The notes below the pieces were generated by a model. The model worked only from the letters and a program-made list of their open reading frames with translations. It did no database searches and had not been told where the DNA came from. Of a DNA stretch of 64,000 bases, positions 13,248 to 27,300 are shown piece after piece; the first letter of the stretch is position 1, and each line of letters starts with the position of its first letter. Source of the stretch: Rhynchobatus australiae (taxonomy: Eukaryota); assembly GCA_034780895.1 (NCBI GenBank), contig JAUZTB010000068.1, forward strand, positions 22,994,781-23,058,780. Reading direction: 5' to 3'. The position numbers and the translations under genes were made by a program.

Positions 13248-13846
13248 TGGAGATAGATTCAGATAGACCTAACATTGTCACAAGTACACTGGTCCTAGTT
13301 AAACTTAGTGAACTATATGGGGCAGGTCAAGTCACTTAAATCAGACTCCCATAAAAGGCACTCAATTNNNNNNNNNNNNNNNNNNNNNNNNNNNNNNNNN
13401 NNNNNNNNNNNNNNNNNNNNNNNNNNNNNNNNNNNNNNNNNNNNNNNNNNNNNNNNNNNNNNNNNNNCATAAAAGGCACTCAATTTCAAGCTCTTGTCGT
13501 GGAAAAAGATAACCAGCTGGACAGAGAAAAAGATTTGGGGGTATGCTCAATGCCTACTTAAGAAGTGCAGCATCCTGACTGACTGCCGGGTATCTCCTTG
13601 ATTCAGGAGGGTATTAAGAACCTTGCTTCAGGAGCACGCAGAAGACCTGTACATGTGGTGGAAGAAACATGCACCCCTTCACAAACTACCCAACCACCTG
13701 TCTTGTCACCCACCTCTTGCCCCCATCTAGGGAAGAGTCCACGGTCACCACGTTAGCCTCATTAGCCACCCCAGAACCCACAAACTTGGAGTATAAGGAA
13801 GTCAGCTTCAATCTTCAACTATCTAAGAAGAAAAAGTAGAGGTGGA

Positions 13847-13978
13847 GACACAAGAGACTGCAGATGTTGGAATCTGGGGCAAAAGAACAAACTACTGGAG
13901 GAGCTCAGCAGGTCAGGCAGCATCTGTAGAGGGAAATGGACATTTGACATTTTGGGTTGAAACCCTATATCTGGACTG
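13847..13978 (-). mobile_element. Penelope-like terminal-repeat fragment (degenerate hammerhead motif)
   Basis: Reverse complement reads cagtc-cagatat-agggtttcaaccc-aaaatgtc...gatgctgcctgacctgctgagctcctccag; homologous to 39334-39420. Confidence 0.7.
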
Positions 13979-15559
13979 TATAACAGCATTAAATTATATT
14001 GGTTTATTTGTGATTTTCATTTCCCCCTTTCTGACTCAGTAAAGGAACCTAGTGATAATGTTGATTTATTTCTGGAAACAGCAGCCTTTAAGAGGCATGT
14101 TGTTCTGCTGGTCACAGTTGGAACTGTAATTGTTAACCCTCATTTCTTGGTTATTGAACTGGCAAGTGTCATTGAATCCCTGAAGTGAAAATAGGGTGAG
14201 GACAATAATTGGNNNNNNNNNNNNNNNNNNNNNNNNNNNNNNNNNNNNNNNNNNNNNNNNNNNNNNNNNNNNNNNNNNNNNNNNNNNNNNNNNNNNNNNN
14301 NNNNNNNNNNNNNNNNNNNNNNNNNNNNNNNNNNNNNNNNNNNNNNNNNNNNNNNNNNNNNNNNNNNNNNNNGTTCAGATTATGCAGTAATTCATGTTTT
14401 CATTCTGGTTTGTAACTTTTGTTTTCTAATAAATTTTTGGATGATTCTATCTTTTTAGTGCTAAAGTGACTTTTAACTGAACATCAGAAGTTTATGTCCA
14501 CATTCAAGTGAACTGCACAGACACCAGTGCTTGTCACTTATGAGGGCGTTTGAAGAGGAGTTTCACCATATTAGGAGATGGCAGTTGTCCTGCCATTTCA
14601 TGGGACATTGGAAACTCTTTCACTGCAAAGGAAAACTCGTTAGATTGCAAGCGACCCGAGTGCTATGTCAGACAAAGAGCTCGAACTGGTTAGTAGAAAC
14701 AGCTGTCTTGTCTGTCATTGATAAGATGCATGTGATCCATCACAGCTGAGGCTTCCTGAGGGCTGCCATTGGTCACGTGCACCTCATGCATGTTTAAAAA
14801 ATCGATATACTTTTGGATTTCCTTTTGATTTCTGTACAATACTCTCTTTTCACCATTGTTCCACCTCTGGCCAGCAGCCCAGTCCCTCTCTAACTTTCTT
14901 GCCTTAGTGGCCTTCAGCTGAACTCAGAAATGCCTACTTGGAAATGAGAATGAGCACCCTCCATAATAGCCAAGGGATTATTCATCGACGCTAATGGTTC
15001 TGCTGGCTGGAGCAACTGTAGGTGAAAAGGTCAATTCTGAGGCAGCTGGAGGTAACTACAACAGTGATTAGACTTCCTGTGGTATTCAAACCTACTGATG
15101 CTCCACTCAGAGGCATGCGTTCTCCACAAAAGCTCTATGTGCATTGGGATCAGACAGGTTTGGACTTCCATTTGTCTTCAGAAGGAGCTGGACCTCTCAC
15201 TGCGTTAAAAGTATTCCTGCTGAAAGGTTTTACATGGGGTAGCTGACTCTGTAAATTAAGAGGACTTGCATCCTGGATGATGTGTGCTGCATTCTTTGCT
15301 TATGCTGTAATTTTGTACTAACATTTTTGGCTTTACATTCTTAAAGATTTGTTAAAAAAAATTAGTAGTTTTACCAAAAATGCGCCATCAAGTCAGCAGA
15401 CCGGAGAGTCTGTGATTAAGAGGATTAGGAGCATTTTTGCTGAATGACTCCTTATTACAAATAAGAAGCTGATGAGTTGGGCTCTCTCAAGTAAAGCTTG
15501 CTCGATAAAGCAAATATTATTTCAGGACGCTGATTGTTCAACTCCATTTGGGTCCAAGG

Positions 15560-15840
15560 AAACCATATGGCCCCACATTATGTCACTGGGTTTTTCTACC
15601 ATCTGCAAGGTACAAATTAAGGGCATGATGGAATATCCTCCACTTGCTAGGATGAATGCAACCCCAACAACAATCATTCAGACCAAGCAGCCTGCTGGAT
15701 TGGAGGCCCATGCACCACACTAACAATTGACTCCCTCCACTACCACTGCACAACAGCTACAGTGGGCACCAGTGACAAAATACACTGCAGTAACTCATCC
15801 AGGCTACTTTAACAGCACTCCCAAACCCACAACCTCTGTT
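15560..15840 (+). mobile_element. Decayed fragment of the LINE family at 6311-7390
   Basis: Similar to 6860-7100 (accatct.caag..aca...ag...gatggaa.atcc...acttgc..ggatgaatgca..cca). Confidence 0.55.
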
Positions 15841-16569
15841 GCAACTGTGACTAAACCACTGGAGACTGAAGCTGGTAGATGTAAAAAAATTTATTCAACA
15901 CAAGCAAGTCTTCTGGGGAATCTATTTCTCCTCTCTGACACTGAAAACCACTTTGATTTTTTATACTTTTGAAACACAAAGTCAATAATAAACAACTGCA
16001 TTTTCAATGGCTATAATTACCTGTTTAACTTTGACATTTTGAGTGTAGACAGTTAACTTTCACAGAATTACGTATTTACGATGGGAGCACACCCCAATGA
16101 ACAGAACCCCTTTGAATATTCAAATACTAGTGGCTAGTCCGAGGGGTTCTGAGCACAAAGTATACTACTTTTGTTACAATGTTGAGGAATAGCTCCCTGA
16201 ATATACAGACAGCCAGAATATCATTTGACAAAACAGACATATCCTCAACTGTGTCTTAAGTGGCAGGGATGTGTCTTTAATGATGGAGATGGCCACTTAA
16301 TGCCTTCCCTGATCTCATTATGTGGGTTTCAAGGAGGGCCAATTCGCAATGTTGTCTTCCCCTGCATAGTTACAATGGTACAGAATCAAAATATCCCACA
16401 CCCAATGACTGGTTTTGATGGCCTTAAAGTCTCCGTCGGTGTTACACTGTGAATAGGTTTTGTTCTGAAGAGTGGTTCTTGTTTGAATTAACTATCTGCT
16501 CTCCCTATTCCATAATCATTGAATGATGTCCCATATCTAATAACCCTTAACGACTTCTACTGCCAAGAA

Positions 16570-16815
16570 GGATACATGGGGACACCACCAGGTTCCCATC
16601 CAGGTCTCACACCATCCTGATTTGGAAATATATCATTAGGCCTTAAACATCACTGGGTCTAAATCCTGGAACTCCCAGTGCAACAGCACTGCTGCAGTAC
16701 CTTCACTAGAAAAACTACAACTGTTGAAGATTACTGCTCACCACTACCTTGTCAAAGTCAATTAGAGATGAGCAATAAATGCTGTCTTCACCAGTGATGC
16801 CTAGATCCCAAAAAG
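16570..16815 (+). mobile_element. 3' tail of the same CR1/L2-type LINE family
   Basis: ctaaatcctggaactccc...caacagcactg...gctcaccactaccttgtcaaagtcaattagagatgagcaataaatgctg matches 7225-7370. Confidence 0.65.
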
Positions 16816-18646
16816 TAGATTTTTTATAATCAGCTGATCATCCAGAAATGATAGCTAACTGCATGCAAACCCAACTCAAAGATGCTCTGGACCCAAGGTG
16901 GTTCTAAAAGCTCCATCTCCCTGTCCAGAGCACACACAATCTGATTAAGTGTTAAATAACAAAAGTCTCTTTTCACATTTCATAACTGAATAAAGAAGAT
17001 CCAAATCCAAAGTTGTAGAAAGCTCAAACAGCTAGTCATTCTATTGTCCCACAGATTTCTTTGTGCAACACAACTACTTTGATTGGAAAACTGATCTCTA
17101 AAAGGTGATTGGAAAGTAGTGTGTTTTGATAAACTGTTGTGTGACCTTCCATGTGAATGATGCATGTGTGCATGAAGGCCTTTAGCCATACAACAGTGAT
17201 GGCAATCAGCACCCAACACACAATTGCTGCTACAATATTACAGTGCATATATCTACTTAAGAAATGGTGTCAGTCTCCAATGTGGCAGAAAGCTTTCACC
17301 AGCCTAAGTTAAGGGGCCTTAGCTGCTGTGTGGTGAACATCAGTGAAGCAAGACAGAGGATCATTATGGACTGTCATAATGTCTTTGATGTCAGATGTAA
17401 GGCATTTATTGAGTGTTGTTGGTGGTGGTGAATATACGTACATATATTGTCGGTCTGGGCACCCACCTCTGTTAACGTTGGCAGCTTTGTTCTACATCAC
17501 AGCACATGTTCAGGAGAAATCCAGAGAACGTCGACTCTGTGCAGACACAGGAGGTTTATACTTCAGAACATGCACTTGGATGAGCATCACTAATCATCCA
17601 GTTCATATACCTNNNNNNGCCTTGTTCTGCAAATAAGAAAAATAGTTAAAGTTTTTTTCTGACACCATAGGGAGTAATGGAGATTATTTGTCAAGCATTC
17701 AAACAAGAATAAGAATACAAGTATTTTTTATGGTTAATCACCTGTCAATAGAATTACATTTTTTTTAGCAATTGCATTTCTTGGAGCAGCAATTTTCTTG
17801 TATGTTGTATTGCCGGTAAAAATCAGCATTGTCTGAGTTTTATTCAAAAGAGGAATTTTAGCAATTATGACAGAGATTACATGGGTGCAATGAGTTTCAC
17901 TGATTTAATCAATGTTTCAAATGTGACTTCATGTTCTGAAAGGGAGTTGAAAGGCACCATGTAAATGCATCTTTCTTTATCCATTCCTCTCACAAAGTGA
18001 TTGTCCTCCCCACCTTTCTTCCTGAGAGTGCAACTGATGCCAGGAGCACAGTATGTGGGGACCTACACACTATACAGAGAGAGAGAGGTTACATGCCATA
18101 CACAGAGAGTGGAGACCTCACTGGCGTTTATATTCCCCAGTGGATTCATTGAGGCACCACTCTTAATTTGGATTCTAAACCTGAATTCTCTTTAAACCAT
18201 CCATCTCATAGCTGGAGCCAGAATCAGATGTCCCGAGTGAAAAGCTGAACTGTTAACTTGGAGGAAGATAGTTGGGATGAGGGTAGGGTGGTGGACACAG
18301 AGTAGGGAACAAAGTTAATCCACTGGAACTGATTAGATTTTCTTCCACTTACTCTTCACCCAATAGCTTGAAACAGTATTGGGAAGCTATTGGCTTTTTC
18401 TTAAGAAGGTCAACATCATTTTTCTCAAGAGACTGTATCTTCAACTGTTGCAAGTGTCTCTGCAGGTGATCCATATGTCAATAGAAATCAAGCAAGTTGC
18501 AAAAAAATACGTTGATTAGTATTGTCATAAAGACTCCTTAGGATTTTGTTGCAGTGTATCTATTGGACAGTTTCCCTCTCTGTCCTGTTCTGTACTACTT
18601 TAGTTTTTGACTTCCCATCTCTCTCTGTCTAGTGTTAACGCTGACC

Positions 18647-18822
18647 TGGGAGGCACAGTGGTGCAGCAGGTGGTGCTGCTGCATCACAGCTCCATGGACA
18701 GATTCAATCCTGACCTTGGACGCTGCCTATGTGGAGTTACATGTCCTCACTGCAGCTGCCTTGGTTTTTCCCTGGGTACTCTGGTTTATCCCACATCCCA
18801 CACATGTGCAGGTTGCCAGGTT
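18647..18822 (+). mobile_element. Decayed tRNA-derived SINE head and body
   Basis: ggcacagtggtgcagcagg (A-box-like), gattcaatcctgacc (B-box-like), tggagtt..atgt.ctc...ggtttt.cc.gggtactctggttt..cccacatccca. Confidence 0.6.
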
Positions 18823-19056
18823 AACTAGCAGCAGCTTCAAATTACTCCTAGCACAGAAATCCAATTCAACAGTACCCACAGGATCCTCCGTTCACCTTGT
18901 TCCATCTCTCCATCTCAGTATACTCTTTGTTCCATTTTACCCTCATTTATTTCCATAACTTTCATACATCTCCAGTACCTCCACCACTTCATAAACACCC
19001 TGGCACAATGAGCCCGGATGAGGCAGATTGTACACACTAGCGCAGAGATCAGATTT

Positions 19057-19447
19057 GATCTGTGCACACTCACACAGAGGGTGAAGATTTGATGAGTTGG
19101 TGTCTGTGCACACACACAAAGTGAAGAGCTGGTGTCTGTGCACACACACACACATAGTGAAGAGCTGGTATCTGTGCACACTCACACACAAAGTGAAAAG
19201 TTGGTGTCTGTGCACACTCACACACAAAGTGAAGAGCTGGTGTTTGTGCACACTCACACACAAAGTGAAGAGCTGGTATCTGTGCACACTCACACACAAA
19301 GTGAAGAGTTGGTGTCTGTGCACACACACAAAGTGAAGAGCTGGTGTCTGTGCACACTCACACACAAAGTGAAGAGCTGGTGTTTGTGCACACTCACACA
19401 CAAAGTGAAGGGCTGGTGTCTGTGCACACTCACAGAGTGAAGAGTTG
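19057..19447. repeat. Minisatellite, ~10 copies of a 36-bp unit GTGAAGAGCTGGTGTCTGTGCACACTCACACACAAA
   Basis: Unit starts at about 19081, 19121, 19157, 19193, 19229, 19265, 19301, 19333, 19369, 19405, 19437. Explains the repetitive ORFs in several frames. Confidence 0.95.
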
Positions 19448-22400
19448 CTGGACTGTTACACAATTCTGTCACCATGCTATCACGTGCCATCCTAACAGAT
19501 CAACAGGATGTCTCAGAGCACTTGACAATCAATGAACTAATTCTGAATTGCTTTTGTTATGATTTACACAAATGCAATGTGGACACGTCAAAACAGCCAA
19601 ATAACAGTAATTATAGATTAATCTGTTTTCCTTGGCTGAGAAAGGAATGCTGATCAGAGCCCAGAAAGAACATCATGTCCTTCTTTAAACAGCTCCATGG
19701 AATATTTTACATCCACCTTGTCAGAACGATATCACCTTGGACAGTATTGTGGTTGCTGTATGTGGCATTGAAGTGATAGTCTGATTAGCTGCTCAACTGC
19801 CGTGCCCCTGCCTGAGGCTTCAACCTTCTGACTGCAAACCACGACTCCACCAAAGACTCCAGCAAAGCGATCAACATGGATGTCAGATAATGTCAGGTAG
19901 TGGTGATATGGCACAGTGGCATAGCATCTGGGGAGCTCAGGTTAGTGTTATGGGTGCAAAAATATGGTGCACAATGTGGAAGTGTTCAATGGAAAAAGTG
20001 ATGGCTGAGCTGTAAGAAGGAATTTTTGAGTACACTGGAGTATAGGATAAGGAGAAAATGATTGCTTCCAGGGCTCATGCTGTTTAAGCTCCATAGGAAA
20101 TTTGGAAGTGCCTTTCGGATTGGTGACTGTACATATTATTTTGGGCAGCCTGCTGTGTTGTAAAGATCAAAGTTAAAACTGAAATGTGTGGGTAATTTAC
20201 ATAGCACAGATAAATCCGACAGGAGCGGCACAGTTTAATTCAAACAGTTACAATGTTATGACGTAAGTGGTTTCGAGAGCCAGTGTGGCCTTCCAAGACA
20301 GGATGCATATCTTCAAAACGCAAAGCAGATGTTACATTTAACACAGGCCTGTTTTCTTCTTTTGTTTGTGTATCTGTTTATTTTCATTAGATTTTGCAGC
20401 ACACTGCTAACTTGCCTGCAAAGTCTAGATATTTGTATTTTCAGTATTTTGACTTTGTTTCAGTTCCTCCAACACCACCCACACAATCTCCCCCACCCCT
20501 TGCCATTCTGCACCAAGAGCCTACTTAATCAACATAGATATTTACGCGCCATTACAATCAATACTTATTTCTCACCCAAGCCATTTTGGTGGACTGTTCG
20601 CCTGAAGCAGCCAAATAATCATCAATTATTGCGCAACCATGTACAATTGTGTCACAGTAGTTTGAGCTTCCTCATGCTTACTTCATTTAGGAATCTTCTG
20701 GTCACTTCAAAGCAGTAAATCTTCCAGGTGTTAAAGCCCATATATAAATTCATAACTAATTCTGGCCCTTTGAGACCTTCCCTTTTGTCCCATCAACTGA
20801 AGGCAACGCCGTCAGCTATCTTGACTCTGCTCCCCAGAATTCTCTCCTAATCACTTCTACCTTAAAGACCTATCTCTGTACTCACCACTTTGACCATTTA
20901 AGTTGGCTTCTTTTTTTTTGGGAAGGGGGGGCAGTAGCCATCCTACCTAACTCCTCTGTGAAGAACCTTGGAACATTCTTTGATTTGTAGGCACCACATA
21001 AAATCTGTGTGTGTGGATTTGCAGAGCTGATTGGCAGCTTCCCGTCACTCTAGCTGTGATTGATATCCAAATGTGGCACAAACCTTTGGAGGTTATTGAG
21101 AAAGAGTTTGTAGTTGTAGCATTAAAAACAGCTGCTCACTGGCAGGCCTTATATGTGTGGCAAAGAAAAGGATACAAATCAATCTCTTTCAGTCAGTTCT
21201 TCTTAACAGGAATACCCATTTGCCAAGAGAACCTTGGGTTTTCACAGAAACTTCCTTTCTTCTACTGTCATTAATTGATCCCAGAACCAATAAACTATTC
21301 CTTAAACCACATGTGTTTATGTTGGAAAAGTCTATAAAGTTCAGGACAGCAATTTTTAAAAGCTACAACAAAATGTGTCATTTTGTAGTTCATGTCTCAC
21401 TCCAGACAGTCCTTTAGTTGCATAGAGAGCACCAGACATCAGAAGAAGTCCATCGGATTGCTTCGAGAATGGGGTTAAAACTCCAAATGGGATAAATGTG
21501 AAGCCATGGAAAACATGATTGAAATAGGAGGGAAAAGAGGAGCATNNNNNNNNNNNNNNNNNNNNNNNNNNNNNNNNNNNNNNNNNNNNNNNNNNNNNNN
21601 NNNNNNNNNNNNNNNNNNNNNNNNNNNNNNNNNNNNNNNNNNNNNNNNTAATGATAATTGGAGAGGCTTTTGTTCCCACATACCACCCCACCCCCATCCC
21701 ACACATCGCTAGGGAGGCAAGAATTTAACATATTGCTTTGTCCTTGGCTTTTTTTTTGAAAGGCCACCCCTGTGTTGGTTCAATGTTTGCCTTGACAAGC
21801 CATCCTCAGTGCTGGGATCCATTTCTGGTTCTTAATCAGACCCAAGGGCAATGTCTGACTCAGCTAATCTCCCAGCTGCATTGAAAAATAAGGTCAGATA
21901 GTTCCATTCCCAGTTCAGCAGTTCACAGGGTAACAAAACAGCACTGACTACATCCTTGACATCAGTATTATTGCTTCAGGCTACTTACACAGTCATGTAC
22001 CTCTACTTTAAACAAAAACCACCCCTGACTGAAGTAATAGATCTCATTCTCCCCATCCCCATGAAAAATTTGTTTTATGTTATTCTTTAATTAAACAGAA
22101 GTACAGTGCATCCTCTCTGCAAAACTTGCCTTTAGGCTCAATACAAAAAGTGCATTATACTAAAGCCCCTTTTGCGGAGGCTGGAATGTTTCTGTATGCT
22201 GTGTTGCAGGTCCTTTAACTGAGAAAGACGAAGATACAACAGAATATTCCAGAAAGACCAGTAAAGCGTCCCTATTACTGAAGGCAACCTAAACTATCGT
22301 TTTAGTAGCTGGAACTTGTGTGGCTGAGGCAAATCATAAACAAACCACGTGCAGTGGAAAGTGTTCTATTGAGAGCCCAGTGGCGGTTGAAAAATCTTTT

Positions 22401-23827
22401 TCCAACTATTGTTATAATAATAATCTAAATGAATAACCTGAAAAGTACAACATGATCCTTCATTATACATAATAACTGACAATTTTTATTCCACTCAGTT
22501 AATGATTTCATCATTTCAATCGTAAACATCTAGAAAGTGCTTGGCTTAGATTTAGAATGCTGCTTCCTCAACTATTCATCTAAGAGGTGCTTTAAGGGCA
22601 ATCTCAGTAGGTCCTCATTTCTCCGACCCAACCGGCATGACGTCTCTCTCCAACATTCTTTCTTAGCCTGTTTGAATGAACCTCCTGTTTTAGTCCTCAT
22701 GTTATCGAGAGCAAACTTTGTTGGAGTGGATGAAAAGCTTCCAGACTCTTTCCACTAGTTAGCAGAGGAAAGAACAGCCTTTAATCCCATAAACCTGGTC
22801 TGTGTTTGAGCTACCTAAAATGAGCTGGAAATGTTGTCACCTTTAAGGAGCGAGAACTGGAAATGTAATCTCTTCATGGATTGTATTCAAACTCATTTCC
22901 TCTGCCTTTGCTTTACCCAGTTTCCAAGAACAAGCAGCTATGAGGCATGCAGTTTGCTAAATTGATGTCAAAAGCTAAATAAACCTTTGTGGAAAAGGAA
23001 GGTGTTTGCAGACGTTCTTATCCAAATGAAACTAAAAATACACACCCAAGAACAAAGCAAAATCAAGTTAAATCCTCAAAGCACAGCGCTAGAGTTATGG
23101 CAATGTAACTATCCTAATAATACAGTGCCCTAGATTAATTATTGGGAGACAGTTCAAATCTCACCATGGTAGCTGATGCATTGAAATTAATGTAATACAA
23201 AAGTAAAGCTATTATTTGCAATGGTGATTGAAATTATTAGATTGCTGCAAAAATCCATGTAGTTTACTCCTGTCCTTTGGGAAAGAACTTCTTTCACATT
23301 TTTTCTGCCATCTGAATGGAAATACAAAGCCAGTTTATCTTAAGTAAATATGTGCCTCCTTTAAGATGCAAAAAATATGAGTATGAATACATCCATATTA
23401 TAATCCTGGCCTGTGAGGTCTCCCACATCTTTAACAATATTCTGAAGTTGCTGACTTACGAACTTGGTTTCAGAGAGGTCTTCCGGCAGCTACAATCCTG
23501 TACCTCTGGGGTCATTTACAGACCAGACCAGGAAAGGATGGCAGGTTTCCTTCTCTGAAAGCCATGATAAAACCAGACAACAATTTATATCCAGATTTTA
23601 GTTCCATGGCCATCAGTCTGACACTCAGTTTTTATTTCAGATTTAGTATTTGAAGTAAAATATCTCAGTTTCCATGGTCGGATTTGAACTGTTGTCTAGA
23701 GATTGTTAAGCCAGGTGTCTGGTTAGTGGATCCAGCTGCGTAAACACTGTGCTAATGTAGCCAATTTTCATTGAGCAGAAGAAGTGGACAAAATAAGGAT
23801 TAATGAAGTCATAAGCAAAGCATAGTT

Positions 23828-24376
23828 GGTATGTGGCATGCTCTGCCACAGGAGGTGGTGGAGGCAAGAACAGTAACAACATTTAATGCAGAACAAAGGA
23901 CAGTACAGCACAGGAACAAGTCCTTTGGCCCACGATATCTGTGCTGATTGCGATGCCAATTTAAACTAATCCCATCTGCCTGCATATGGTCTCTATCCCT
24001 CCATTCGCTGCCTGTTCATGTGCCTGTCTAAATGCCTCTTAAATTATCTGCATCCACCATCTCCCCAGCAGAGCATTTCAGGCAGCTACCATTCTCCGTG
24101 TTAAGAAAAAATTGCATCCCACATCTCCTTTAAACTTTACACCCTCTCAAAAGCTTCCTTTTGTATTCTTCGAGGGCCTGCCCAATTTCAGCTTCCTAAA
24201 TCTTGTATGTGCTTTATTTTCCTCTTTGACTAAATTTAAGAGGCATTTGGACAGGTTCTTGGATCACAAGGCACAGAGGGATATGGAATTAATGTAGGCA
24301 AGTGGGATTGGTATAAATAGGCATGGTGGTCAGCATAGACGTGGTGGGCCAAGGGCCTGTACAACTCTATGACTAT
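23828..24376. mobile_element. CR1 LINE 3' ends: a minus-strand copy (~23890-24150) lying within a plus-strand copy
   Basis: Plus-strand gaggtggtggaggca...acatttaa resumes as tttaagaggcatttggacagg...gggccaagggcctgt after an inverted copy (cctttggcccac...atcccatctgcctgca...gtctaaatgcctcttaaa). Confidence 0.65.
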
Positions 24377-27300
24377 AATGCTTCACATTCAGATGTCAAT
24401 TGGTTAGCTGTGATGAGTGAATGAATAGCAAGTTTTCACTGCCCCTCAGAAACCAAGTTCATCAGTAATTGGATTTTGTTTAAAAAATAATTAGTCACTT
24501 GGAGTCATTAAATTGACATCCTGCCTACCCTCAGGCAGATGTAACTAACCATACAGCACCATTATAAAAGTGAGTAGAAGCGACCTCGCCAGTGTCCAAG
24601 TCAATGCCTATTCTGCCACTTACGACACTAAAACAGATTATCTTGCCGTAATCACATTGCTTTTTTTTTCCTGGGATGTTACGAAATACTAACCACATTA
24701 TGGCAGAAACTACACTTCAAAAATGCTTCATTTATTGTAAACTTTGTATGACTGCTATATAACTGGAAATTAAAAACTAAAAAGAAACACAAGAAGAAAA
24801 TATTTCATCTTGTATTTCTTTTTAGGTTTCCACTGTGAAGAAAATATAAAAGTGGACTTTGGATAAAAAAGTAGTATTTTAACATGACACTCATTGGTTA
24901 ACGGAGGGTTTCGAAACAGCCACTTTCCTTTCTGTGGTTTGAAAAGTGACTCACTTGCAACTGAATTTATATAAACTCATAGTTCTGCTGACGTCAGGCA
25001 CTTGTATCAAACTTGATGCTGTGTTTGAAGTCTCTTTGTGCTTCTAATCGTACTCTCCCTTTGGGATAAATAATACTGTACCAAAATGAAAAGAAACATC
25101 TGTACTGGTGTAGGTCATCAAATTGTTGCAGTTGAACTGGTGTTTTATATAGTCTTGGACAATTTGTTCCTCACTGACTGTGCTATCTCTGCTGACGTAC
25201 CACTTTGAATTGGCACCCCACATTATCCAAGGTCTAAGTGTAACATTTATCTGCAGGGCTTCTGAACGTACAGCATTCTCCTCAGTATTAAGGCAGAGTG
25301 TGAGTCTGATTTATGTGCTCTAGTCCTAGAATGGGACTTAGTATGGGACAGGGTAACGAGGTGATCTGAACAGTCCTAACCACCGTGGGGGTAGATCCTC
25401 AGCATTCACTGACTTTAAATCACATTAAGTTTTGCATTCAGTCCAGAGAGTTTTGATTAACAAAGGACCGAAAATAATATAGTGGGACAATATGAAATGA
25501 AGTATGAGATATGGGTCCTGGGAGTGGATGAAATTAACCCTCATTGTGAATTGTACACATTATAGGACTTGTGTACAATTTTTACAGGACCCATGTTTCC
25601 CAAGGATTGGTCTGTGAGAAAAGAGTGCAATACTATTTATAATCTATGGATGTTTCATTTTGATTTATCTTCCTCCTGGGAGAGAGTTAATGACATGATG
25701 TGGCCTTTGTCAGCATGGAATCTAAGCATTCCCATCATTATCTATGTATTTGGTGTGTGCACCCACACCAGCAAATGGTAACATATATGTGAGATAAATA
25801 ACCAGACATAAGAAAACTATTTGTGCATCAGCAGCTAAACAAACTTGCCAATGACTTAACTTCCAATAATTCACTGTTTAAGCATGTGATGTGACATCAT
25901 AGAGCCAAAGAAAGATACAGCATGGAAACAGGTCCTTTGGCCCACCAAATCCTTGCTAACCAACAGGCACCCATTTACACTAATCAAAGCAAGCTATGCC
26001 TACNNNNNNNNNNNNNNNGGCATTCCACTGAATGTGTGAATGGAACATCAAAATTTAGGGACGCAGTAAATGACAAATGTCATGGATAGATTTACTGCTA
26101 TGTGAAATATGTGAAATCATTCACAGAATAAATGTAAATTGTCAACTCAAAGCTCAGGTGCAGAAGGAACTCATGGAACTATACATCAAACAAACATTTT
26201 CATTACTGCTTCTAATTTCCAATATAGAGGGTTAAGAATATCCATTCATTCCTACCATTCATTTCAGAGGAAGCACATTAAGGGGACCTTGAAAATGGTG
26301 CCTGTTTTTTCACTTCCCATCCATGTATAAATGTACATTTTGCATAAGGCATGACAGAGTCTTGACCCTTTTAAGGTCCTTGGAGGGCTGTAGATTAAAT
26401 CTAAACTGGAATTTCCTGTTCCCAAGTTGTCTGTATAAACAACTTGTATTTGAGGTTGTCTTAAATCAGAGACATTGAGAAGGAGTAACAGGTGGGAAGT
26501 GTGTCCTCTGTTCTGGGAGCTGGGAATTTCCACGTGGCTGGCTAGGTATCGCTGAAATGCAGCAGTAGAATTTATAGCTGTAACACGCCATGCTGTTGTG
26601 AATGAAGAACTATTCAGGTCAGCCCATCAAGTTCCAGCTCCTACCTGTGGCACTCTGCGGAACTCACATAGGACAAACCAAAGACCCCACGAGACTAGAA
26701 TGAAATCAAGTTGCCTTCAACCTTGAGGAAGTGGCTAGGAAGTAGTTCCATGTCAATATCTCATGAGGTTCCTGGCAGGTCTGTCCTACTTTAGAGCTCA
26801 TCGTGTTCTTCTCTGCCCTTTTTTAGTGATATGTTCTTTTCTTTTTTCTTTTCTGTTTTTTTTTTTTTNNNNNNNNNNNNNNNNNNNNNNNNNNNNNNNN
26901 NNNNNNNNNNNNNNNCCCCTGAATGTGGTCACTTGTATGTTTAGAAAGAACTCTTTCGCCCAACAGAGGGGAGACTTTCATCCCATTGGTCATGGCTGAA
27001 CTCACACTTGCTTCTAGTGGTGAAAGTTTAGTGTATTAATCTGCATGAGCCTGCATTTGTCCTATGCCATGTTAGACACTTTGGAAAAGTTTCCAGAGAT
27101 ACCAGCCACAATATCAACAGGTGTTCCATAGCTACCTTATTGAAGCTTCCAAGTTACTTTGCCTTTAAAAAAGATGGTTGCTGAGCACAATAGTTTAAAA
27201 GTTTGCAAATTAAGTTGAATGGATAATTTTACTGAGAATTCACAAACATTCTGAAGACCATCTGCTGTCTCTGTAGATAAACTTCAAGTTTAAAATTTAT

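Noticed and set aside
18915-19535. Several Cys/His-rich repetitive ORFs that look like zinc fingers or a CRISPR-like array
   Set aside because: Translations of the 36-bp minisatellite; no spacers, no splice context.
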